From Harriotta raleighana (lineage: Eukaryota): 64,000 nucleotides of DNA. Where the stretch lies: positions 897,282-961,281 of the forward strand of contig JBNZDD010013683.1 of NCBI GenBank assembly GCA_050575255.1, in the 5' to 3' direction. Positions 53,716 to 64,000 of the stretch are shown one piece after another; positions within the stretch are counted from its first letter, which is position 1; each line of letters starts with the position of its first letter. Made by a program: the position numbers and the translations under genes. The notes under the pieces are model-generated. The model saw only the letters and a list, made by a program, of their open reading frames with translations, did not search any database and was not told the origin of the DNA.

Positions 53716-55699
53716 GACACATTGGATTCTTTATTATCAATAGGGTCTAATTTGCTTTATCTCTCAATGTATTCCCTCCTAAGAAATATCATTCTAATTC
53801 CTGTCAACTCGCAACTCCCTAGTATAAAATGAACTTTTCCAGAAGATGCCACACACTGAATAGATGAATACAAGCAGCACAGCTCTGAATCAGCTCATGG
53901 TGCAGCAAAGTGCTCCAATTCTCCGAGCAGAAGCATAGTATTGATTAATCTCAAGACAGACACTCACAAAAGGACACCTCCAGATTTTGCAAAAGGATTT
54001 ATTTACACCCTTATTTCTCAGCAGGTATTTGCTTCACTAAAATCTGAGGTGATGGGTGAGTCACTTCTAAGTATCCCCCCACTTCCCTCGCTGTCACTAA
54101 TTGGGATCTTCCTAAACTAGATTACAAGACAAGACTCTTGGCAGCAATGAGGACATTTTCCACTGAAGCACAATATAGTGGACTCCACACAACCTCCAGG
54201 AAACCTGGCACTTTGGCTAATGCAAGCGAGCGTTTCTTCAGGGCAATTTCTGAATCATCCCAAGAGTTGGCTCATCATTTTATTACAATCATGAAACATC
54301 CAGACACCCAATCTGGCCACTATTGCCACTGTAAATGGCAGGACAGAGCGTAAAGCAATGCTTTGAAAGGCAAAGCCCTTAAAGACATAAGAAAAGCCAT
54401 CCCAATACATATTGTGTTTGACTTCAGAGGCATGTCCATCCTGTCTGCAGCTCGCAAATCCTACAGGCAGCAGATATTCTGTGGGTTGGTTTCTTAATAC
54501 AGTATAATCATGCATCAGTGTGACACTTGCACACCACTCTATTCAGCAATATGAAGAATAATGAGGTGAACTACAAGAACAATTCAATACAGGACAAAGA
54601 GGTACATCAACCACCGATCACATTATAAACATGGAGCAAAAAGATTGCTGGTGTTCCCGCTTGATCTGTGACAGATCCCCAGAAGACTAACTAATATTTG
54701 GGTAACCGTAAAAGAGAGGATTAATGCTAGAGTACGCTAACATACAAAGGCAGGGGAATGCATTAAAAGACCCAAGACAATCTCTTTGCCATCGAAGAGT
54801 ATGGCAGCTGCTATACTGGTATGAAACAAAGGAGTAACTCACAGATACTGCAGTCAAGGGCATGTCAAGAGGATCAGAACAGGTAAAGTTACACATGGGA
54901 CTCATTACCATAGAGAGGCAGGTTCACTCTACCTTCCAAAATGCCTTTAGAAAATCTGGAACACAACATTGAACAAACTATAAAACCTCAGAAATTGTGT
55001 GTGTGTGTGTCATGTGGAATGACTGGGAATTCCCACATGTGGAATGACTTTCTAAGAGTTTTCAACAGCAGTTAAATTATTAGCCCGTTAAACTGGAGAT
55101 TGAAGAAAAGGCTATTTGTCTCCTACTAGTCCTTTCCAGTGTTTGTACTCCACATAAATTTCCCCTTCCAACAACTCCACCCTCTCTCCCCATTCCTTTT
55201 TTCTATTCCCTCTCCCTTGTGCCTCTCAAATACACCTAGGCAATCTGCTTCAATCATTCCTTCCAACGGGGGTGATAATGCAACGATAGGTTACTCAAAA
55301 TACATAAACAATCACTGAAATTACAAAAATAGATTTACTTGAATCCATCATTTATGTGCAATGTTCCATCACAACCCAAGTTTCGCACTCTTTACAAGGC
55401 AATGATTTTCAGAAGAAAAGGGTAATTTTTTTTCTGCTCATTTACAAATATATAGCACACTGTAATTGTTTTGAAGGCACATCGCTGGCACAAGCTGACA
55501 TTGCAGGAAAATGACAGCTCTTCTCCCTCTCCAATGAGAAAAAGCTGAGCAAATGCTTTTCACAAAGACAGCAACCTTTAACACACAATTTGGAATCTCC
55601 CGATGTTAGAAACGCATGTCTTCAAAATACCAATTTCATAGATGCACATGTATGACGGCAGGTAGAATTATTCAAGGGTGTGAGTTTAAATGGTGTCAA

Positions 55700-56115
55700 C
55701 CCAGCTCAGTTGGTACAACTCTTCTTGCTTCTGAAAGCTGTGGGTTCAAGGCGCACTCATATGGTCTAGGGTAATCTGTTGTTCAAACACAGTGCTGGAA
55801 GTTAACTGCATTGTTGGGAGGTGCTGTCCTTTGGATGAGACATTAAACCAAGACCCTGTTTATTTATTCAGGTGGACTTTTAAGATCCCAAAGCGCTATT
55901 CGAAAAGGAAGCTTCTCTCAGTGTCTTGGGACAATGATCCCTTGCATAAATTTGGTCATTCAGTGCAAGGTTGTTTGTGGGACACTGCGGTGTCCAAATT
56001 GGCTGCCACGTTCGCTTACAGAAATACCGTCTCCATAATTTACAGCGAATACACAGTACATTGAGGCGTCTTCTCATTGTGAAAGCCATTATATTAAACA
56101 CAAAGATTTATTTAT
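55700..56115 (+). mobile_element. Old long tRNA/Deu-type SINE
   Basis: 'agctcagttgg...gtgggttcaag' head, 'tgtttgtgggacactgcggtgtccaaattggctgccacgttc' core and a degenerate tail. Confidence 0.75.
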
Positions 56116-56742
56116 ATTTTTTATTATTTCAATAAAAGTGAGCTTTTATACACTTCACAGACCACAACGCCTTTAAACGCAAGTGTAAGACAGAGAGCTT
56201 GATACTCAGTTCAAGAATGCTCAGACTCATCTTGCTGGGCACCAGATATCTTCCTCTGCTTTGACCTACAGTGGGTCTGAACCTCAATTTTGCAGCAGCA
56301 CAAATGTGACAGCAACATCTCATGCAACCGTGTGCCCATTCTGAGTGATATATCAAAGGCACTAAAGAAGTGTAATTTTGTTGTTGTTATCACCAAGTTC
56401 ATGCCAAGTTGTGTTTAACGCGTAAGATTGTGCAAATGACCCACACTCACTAGGCAGAAATAATTGCGTTTTCACATAGCCAGGCCCTTGGAATCAGGAG
56501 ACACAAGAGATGTGGTTTTAGTGCAGGGAATTCAAACCACGCCCAGATCTGAAAGATTGCTAACCAATTCTGCTACCCAGTCACTTTCAGTAAGAAAGCT
56601 GGGGTAGGGATAGGGAGGGTTAACACAGAAACAAAGGTCTATTGTTAATAAGCAGCCCAGTATTTGTATTTTACTTTATTTTGAAATTGAAAGGGGCTTT
56701 CTTCTGACCACAATAATTCAGCAAATCTCTTAGGTACCCAGT

Positions 56743-56820
56743 GAGGACGTCCTAAGGTGCTGGACAGTTAGAGGTCAGCACCCAAGCAAGGAGGACAGGG
56801 GGAGGGAGGTAGGGGGCAAT
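56743..56820 (-). mobile_element. L2 3' UTR segment fused downstream of the U6 copy
   Basis: Reverse complement 'ttgcttgggtgctgacctctaactgtccagcaccttaggacgtcctc' aligns with the L2 3' UTR at ~14603-14649. Confidence 0.75.
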
Positions 56821-56825
56821 AATAA

Positions 56826-56918
56826 CTTCACAAATTTGTATGTCATCCTTGCACAGGGGCCATGCTAATCTTCGCTGTAGCTTTTCAATTTTAATATATG
56901 TGCCGCCAAAGAGAGTAC
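56826..56918 (-). pseudogene. RNU6: U6 snRNA retropseudogene (U6 nt 1-93)
   Basis: Reverse complement GTACTCTCTTTGGCGGCACATATATTAAAATTGAAAAGCTACAGCGAAGATTAGCATGGCCCCTGTGCAAGGATGACATACAAATTTGTGAAG aligns without gaps to vertebrate U6, with about 13 mismatches by eye. The ACAGAGA box is mutated and the 3' oligo-U end is missing. Confidence 0.93.
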
Positions 56919-56957
56919 ATAGAGATTATACAGTTATTACACCAGAATTATGTTTCA

Positions 56958-57012
56958 CCAGCAACCTCGGACCTCCTCCCAATGTGAAAGGCACTATACA
57001 AATGCAATTTTG
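56958..57012 (+). mobile_element. L2 terminal tail segment, opposite orientation to the U6-L2 fusion
   Basis: 'ccagcaacctcggacctcctcccaatgtgaaaggcactatacaaatgcaattttg'. Confidence 0.7.
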
Positions 57013-57411
57013 CAGTGTATTGTACTTAAAGATAGAAGCAAAAGCTTAGGAATGGGAGTCCCTTAAACCAACTACAGTACTGTACATTGAAAAGACTTTG
57101 CTTAACCCACCCACTTGCCAATTTGCTTTCATTTCTTATCGGTTCTTCCATTTTTCCTGATGTACATATTTGGATCTACAGAACCCCAGTTTGACATTAC
57201 ATTTTGTACTATTCATCTAGACACAATTACTTTTTTAACATGTCTTTTCCAAGAACGCAGACATTGAGAAACACTCATTTTGCAAAGTAAATGTTATCAT
57301 CCTGAAAGATTCCTTGCTCCCTTGCCCATCAAAGCCCCACTGCCTCATAGTTATGTAACAGTCCTCATCAGGTTGCTTCTCTTTTGGTCCAGGATATCAG
57401 AGTTATAATTT

Positions 57412-57605
57412 TATAATAGTAATCTTCAATGCATTTGATATAACTCTTTATCATGTCTTCGAGACATCTCAAAGCGCTTCACAGAATATACTACAGAATA
57501 TACTGTAATGACTGTGTATTTTGTGGGTGAAACAAGGCAGCCAATTGTGTAGAGCAGTTTCCCGCTAATAGCTGTGGATTGAGTGACCAATTTCCTATTA
57601 TTACT
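57412..57605 (-). mobile_element. SINE 3' half
   Basis: 'gcatttgatat...gagacatctcaaagcgcttcacagaatatact...ggcagccaattg'. Confidence 0.8.
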
Positions 57606-58794
57606 TTTTTTTGAAAGGTATTTAAAAACATAAATAGGTACAATTATCTACAAGCAGCCTTTTTAAAAAAAAAATGAAACAGAAAAATAACAACACTAAA
57701 AGTGAACTATTATTTACTAGTGCATTCTTCACAGTGATGTCAAGCACCAAAAAATTGTATTAGGAATGAGATTTTAATTACAATCAGAACAATTTTAACA
57801 AGGCACAAGACAGTGATTAATGACGAAATGCATTAAAAAATTAATTATGGAGGCTTGTAGCTCTAATAAGAGCTGCTGTAATGCGTGTACTCTGTTACTG
57901 GAATCTGCGAAGCAGCTTGAATGTATTTTTCATTGAACATAAATAATTGATTGAGACTATCTCGAATCTAGAGACATTGAGATTGATGTCTTTTTCATAA
58001 GCGCTTTATCAAAAAGCAGTTTTTTTATATTAAAGAAAATCTTGGGCTAATTGTTGTACGCCTGGTTACTTGCAGAATAATGATGGTTGCACAGAAATTC
58101 GTTTTGAGCAGATTAGCAAAATGTTTGGTGAGCAGGAGCCACACTCTCGATAATGTGCATTTTAAGAATCTGTTTATGATGCTAATTAATTCCCAGAACC
58201 GCAGCCTTGCCTCCTGCCACCAATTATCTTTGAGAGATATTCCAATGCTTCTCAACATTGAAGGGATTGCTGGCCTTCAGCAATTCAGTGTTTCCCCATG
58301 CGGACTGTTAGCAGCTGTGCAATGCAATGGCAAAGCACGTGAACCTCATTTGGTAGTGGGGCATGGGTAGGTAACTGTCCTGGGTTCCTCACCTTTCTCT
58401 TGATAATGGCCATGGTATTCTTGCTTTGTTGGGTTTCACAATGCTTCCTTGTTTAAAGGTGATGCACACCATGGGACATAAAATGGAAGGAGGCCACCGG
58501 TAACACGAGAGGAAGGAAGATTGAGAGAAAGGACGACTGAGAGAGATCCATTAAACAAATGGTACAAATCAAGTAATGGCCTTTGAATCTACCTCCTGAA
58601 GCAGAAACTGTGCTGTGCGTCATTCCTCTTTTAACTCAATATTGCTTTCCTGCTAAATCCAATGTGCCATTACGCACACAATTAAAAGGATAGATCCTAT
58701 AAAAGCATCATCAGAAACTTACTTTCTTTTCAATTTCAAGAGTAATTTAAAACAATTGGAAAAAGAAACACGACTAGGGGAGGAGGGTGGGTAG

Positions 58795-59040
58795 CCATGA
58801 TGGTGTTGCTTATGGATCAGAAGTTCGCAGGTTCAAATCCTCCTTTGCGCTGGATTAACTGGTCTTTACTGGGGCGGCAATGGGGAAATTATTAGTATTA
58901 AATTGACCCCATCCCAGGGTCAGGCTGGGATAAATAAACCCAGGGCTCCACATCCTGGTAGAAGACGCGCAAAGCAGTTGATTAAGGAAAGATCAGGTTC
59001 ATTGCTTGACATCCTCTCCAGTCAAGTGATTGACCCGACA
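58795..59040 (+). mobile_element. Probable ancient tRNA-derived SINE of a different family
   Basis: B-box-like 'caggttcaaatcc' followed by a GC-richer body. The family is not identified. Confidence 0.4.
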
Positions 59041-62000
59041 CTCACTGAGAAGGATCACACGTAAACAATGGCCTCTTGGGTGGCATGCTGGATTGCAAAC
59101 CAATGCCTGTGGAACAGCAGCCCAGGGAGAGCAGGCTGGGGACAAGCTGTTAGCTAGAAGTATATGCCAATGGGGAGAAAAATCAGAAAGATGAATTGTT
59201 CCCACCAAACCAACATTCTTAAAATAAATTCCAAAATGTTACAGTTTAACGCCTTGTCCTGGCAGAAATGTTTGAAAAAGCAACTGCAGATGGGAGTCGT
59301 GGGGAGGTCGGGACACACACACACACACTTGGATGACTCTTTCACTCAGAACACCACCAAGCTTGCAATTCAGAGATAAGGTTATTCCTTCCTGCGTTCT
59401 CCCAAAGCTAGTGCGGGTATGCACTCTGTCTGCAGTGTGATGCCTTGCTGAAACCTTAAACCTTCTGGTTATTGCCTGGGGTACGTTCACCTTTGTGCGT
59501 GGGACAAAACATCAAATTGACATGAGAAATTTAGTGCAACAGCCTTTCCAATGATGGAATCCGATTTTTCCCTGAACCAAGAACTATTTGACATGTGCTG
59601 ATTACAACATAACATCAGGGTTGTCTCACCCATTGATGCCCAACAAACACATAAAAATGTAATTTTGATTGATTGATAAGCAATGTGCCCCAAAGGGAAA
59701 GGACGGTAATGCACACGTATTGAAACGCATTTGAGTCACAAATGTAATGTCAATCTGTGGGAATTATAGAATCAATTCCCAATAGATGTGGACAGGATGA
59801 CAGTGAACTCTGGTCCACCCACTTGATCACTGGCATCGCTCTGCACATATTAACTGAGGCATTGGATTGATCAAAACTCAATGGAAATCTTTCACGTTCA
59901 TTTCAGTTTTTTGTAATGAGTATTTGGAGATAATTTTGTTATAATAATATTCAACATGGGTATGAGAATCCATGTATCATTTAAGTGTAAATGCAAATTT
60001 ATCGCATGGCAGGTAAGTCATTTAGAAACATAGCATTGCCCAAACACAGATTGACTCTGACACCACCCAGGTCTATCAGTATGAAATGCGGCATGTCACA
60101 AGTTGACTACAGTATATCACAGAGAATTGGGGGTTAAATTAATCGATAACTAAAGTTTGGGAAGCCCTAATCCCTTGGTTTAAATGTAATGGATTGGCCC
60201 AAAGCTGCTGACTGCCACCATTAATGTTGACAGAGATTTAGTTAAACTATTGTCCCTTAAAACCAATGGCTTTGGGCTGAACCACGGTAAAACCGGGCGT
60301 GTGATGCTGTATAATTACTGTTTTACCGTCCCACCTCCACCACAAATCTGAGTTTTACAGCACACAGAACGTTTCTTTCTAAAAACAAAAGTTCCCAGAT
60401 CTAAAATGCTGAAATTAGTTTTATTGCAGACACAATAATCCTTAATGTTTGCTATGGTGCCTTATCACCGTTTTGAGGCGTCTCAAAGGGCTCCATGGAA
60501 CATATTGTAATTATTCATCTAAATGGGTTACTTTAACAGCTCGTTAAATCAATAACCGCAAAATAAAGTAGAAATTTCATATTCCTGAATTATTTAAGAT
60601 ATACTGTGCTGTGTTACTGTGTAACAGGAGAACATTTTCCTCAATTGCTTATAATAATCCTTGCATTTGATATAGCGCTTTTCACATCTTCTCGACGTCC
60701 CAAAGCGCTTAAATGGAACTGTGAGGGGGCTGTGAAGGATTCAGGTGGATATTTCAACTCTCTTCTGGCACATGGTGTGACGACATGTGCAGTCCGTTTC
60801 TATTCATTGCCTAACATACACCTTTGTTATTTTCTAATTTACATTACAATCTTAGTAATCTTAACAAACTGTACTGCAGGATGAAGGTGATGTATTCAAC
60901 CCTGAGATCAGTGTTACAACTGCTACAAGATGATATCATCGCATAATCCTTTTACAATTGAAATGACAAATGTATTGATATTGCGTTACACCTCAGTACA
61001 TGGAAATGGAACGTGTAACACAAGCTCAGCTGGCTTCTCATGTATTTAGTATGTAAGACATGTGCTCACACACAAGACTGCTCCTTATACTCAATCTACT
61101 CTGGGTTGCCTTCTGGTCTCATCAGGAAAAACATATTCTCCAGGGTTGGATCATCAAATTAAACCCCCAAATTCTGTGTGTGTATGTGTCTGCCTGTGTG
61201 TATGTGTGTGTGTACATATATGTGGGTTGGAGGTTGAGGTAGGGGGAACATTACTTGTGACTTAAGAGCACCAGCATCAATGTGGAACAAAGGTGTCAAT
61301 CTGAAAGTATCTAGAGAATGATTAAAAATGTTCCAAAAGCTTCACCGACACATGTCAACGGAATCATTCGCAATAAATTATTAATCCGCATCTTTCAAAA
61401 GAATCTGAGAAGCATTGGGGAGTACCATAAACATTATTAAATTATTCTACATGGAAAATTGGTGCCAGTTCTTTATGAAAAGATTGAGACTGAGTTACAC
61501 TGAACTGTGGTTTGACTTTCGACAGAACTTCTTCCTGCACTGTACTCTTGTTAAGTGTGTAATTGATTTTCTATTACTATATTGGGGTACATTTACCAAG
61601 GGTATACAGCTAACATTAGTCGATATAAACAACAACAAAACAATCCAAACTTGCAACTACAAAGTGCCTTTCATGTGGGGTAGCATCTCCAGAGAGCTGA
61701 ACAATTGGTGTGACTCTAACCCAAGACAATTTTGTTTAGAAAAAAAGACATTCTAAAGCAAACTCTGACATGTTTTGCTAATAGCAAATTCTTTGTGTTT
61801 GGTTGTAATTCAACGCTCTTGTGAAATTCACACAGCACTGAAGTTTTAAAAGCCTAGTGGAACTCCACAATGTTTGCACCTAGGACCTGAGGGATGGCAA
61901 ACTGGGCTCCGAGGCACTAGTTGACAGAATCTGTGTGAGTTGAGCACATCCTCTGGAGATTTGATATAATCGATTAGCAGCAAGTGGCCAGAAACTGGCT

Positions 62001-63601
62001 AGAGCCTTTAAGTTGCAACTATCTGGGTTTAGAAGGAAGTATTTTGCATTAAAAACGCTTCTCCCTCCCCCACCTCTCACAACCGTGTCTTAATTTCCTT
62101 CAGTAAAAGGTTTAAGCTGGACAAATTCTCTCATCATTTATGAGATGTCGAACATCTGAACTGATTCATATTACTGCAGAAAACACCAGAGGCAACCAAG
62201 CTATCGCAGCCGTGTACATATTTTGCACTGGAAGTTGTAACGCTCCTCAAATAGAGAATTGGCATTTGGGGAATTGGATCAAAGCGTGTGACTCAATAGA
62301 TTGTGTATGCAATGAGAACAAGAACTGAGATCCCCAAAGCGTTTTGCAAATTGCATCGATTTCTGCTCTGCAAATGTGGCGTGCAGTGAAACGGCATGTG
62401 ATAACAAAGAACACAACACTTGTCTTTTGCCTCCCATGTAAAAAACAAATCACACAATCTACAGGTACTGTGGATCAAACTTAACGTTTGCTGAGTGCTT
62501 TATAAGAACTATGTGAGTTCATGGAGCACTGCAGCCTTCGGCATTGCCACTCATTTAAAGAGCACAAAGGCCACAAGAAACAGTAACTGTGGGTTCAGGT
62601 GCCAGTGATTATGATTTGCCTTTAGCAATAAACAAAGCATTCAATCAAATTGAAAGTTTTTCCCCATGTAACTCACTTATAAAACCACATTGAGATTATT
62701 GAGGTTTACCCCTTGGTATTTCTTTGCAGATTTCGTGAAATTTATAATGTTTGAATTTGGAAAACTTTGATGTGTCTGAAATAGAAAGAACTGAAAGAAT
62801 TCACCCCGAGAACCCTTCATTCAATAATTAAACATTTCTTAGTGATCCCAATGTATGCTATTGGAGCCATTGCCGCAAAAGAGCATTGTCACATTGAAGT
62901 TAGTCAGACACATGTACAGTAACTGGCAGTTTGGAAGTTCTGAAATGCAACATATATCTCAGTAGTTCTGAAGAATTCAACTCATCATTTAAATAAGACT
63001 GGAAGGAATCAACATCGAAGCAATTAAATGTTGAGGCAAGTCAATTTAACTGATCAATTGAGCTCAAAGCTTAACAAGCCTCAAGTGAGACTACAAACTG
63101 AAGAATGTGGAGTAGTGAATATATAAAGGAGACTTCAGCAAAAACAGCTAATGCTCTATTGAAAATTCCCATCATTATGAGTTGGATAATTATCTGTTTA
63201 AGAATGGGATTGAAGGTTTATAAGGAGCAGGATGGGGACCAATGATCAAATAGTCCATAAAACATGTTGTCTGGTATGCTGCTGGAACTATGGATTTGTC
63301 ATCTGTACATTACATGAAGGTGGAGTTGAAGAGTCTGCGGTGTAAAAGTGGATTAATATCCTGGAGTTTTCACACAATTACATTCTGGGTTTAGAAAGAA
63401 ATTTCATAGAAAGCGTTATTTTAGCAACAGTGTTTGCAGTTACCTGACTCACAGGAGATTGCATCGTAGAGTCAATCCTAGGAGAAATACTATGGAGTTT
63501 GTTGAGGGTAAGTGTGACAGATAGAATGACTTCTCCCCTCTCCTTACTTGCTTGGCAGATGGGTTTAATATGTGGCAAATTCTAATGGGATTCCTTAATA
63601 A

Positions 63602-63713
63602 GTGACTGGAACTAGATCACGCTGACTCATGGGAACTCCCCTCTGAAGCAGAAGACTTTCAAAGTGGAGTTTGCGCGAGTCAGCGTGGTGAACGTTCAGT
63701 TACCAGAAGGATT
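63602..63713. repeat. Long imperfect inverted repeat (~110-nt hairpin)
   Basis: Arms 'atcacgctgactcatgggaactcc' and 'ggagtttgcgcgagtcagcgtggt', with further outer and inner pairing. Confidence 0.75.
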
Positions 63714-64000
63714 CCTCATTTGGTTTCCTTATTAAGAACATAGTTAAAAATTGCTGCATTGTTTTATCCTGTTGGTGAGATAACCTTAATGAATCTCAGT
63801 TGCAATGTTAAAGTGCCTGACATATTGGACCTGAATAATAGAGGTGTTTAGACTGATGAGCAGCTAAAACGTAGTCGGATTTCAACCAGCATTTTCTACA
63901 TCACAAATGCTATTGTATTTTGTAAATAACGCAAATGTCATTGTATGGATGACAGGAACATTCTTCTTTTAAAACACTACACCCCCACCCACCCCCACCA

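Noticed and set aside
56826-56918. Functional U6 snRNA gene
   Set aside because: The ACAGAGA box is mutated, the 3' end and Pol III terminator are absent, and it is fused to LINE sequence.
577-63578. The remaining 60-130 aa ORFs in the track
   Set aside because: Consistent with random or repeat-derived ORFs; many translate SINE tails (for example ARIIIII, KCKDYYY).

Overview
This is AT-rich vertebrate genomic DNA, not prokaryotic: there are no operons, CRISPR arrays or rRNA. The repeat content (CR1 and L2 LINE fragments, tRNA-headed Deu-domain-type SINEs, Penelope-type remnants) suggests a cartilaginous fish, possibly a chimaera; that assignment is inference. The only confident protein-coding feature is the single coding exon of LRRC4C (netrin-G ligand-1, 640 aa, minus strand, 33132-35054), with its splice acceptor at 35105-35106 and its 3' UTR below 33132. 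Sequence above 35105 is probably LRRC4C 5'-UTR intron. The rest is transposon-derived or non-coding. The most interesting observations are: (1) a U6 snRNA retrocopy fused to an L2 3' end, with inversion geometry resembling twin priming; (2) a minimal hammerhead-ribozyme motif in a Penelope-type remnant; (3) an overlapping upstream ORF at the LRRC4C start; (4) three CR1 insertions whose candidate target-site duplications all contain AAG; (5) two TA-flanked Tigger/pogo-like MITEs; (6) several strong hairpins; (7) an unexplained 211-codon ORF. Duplications around single 'n' bases look like assembly artefacts. No wholly new multi-gene system is supported. All alignments were made by eye; no database searches were run.
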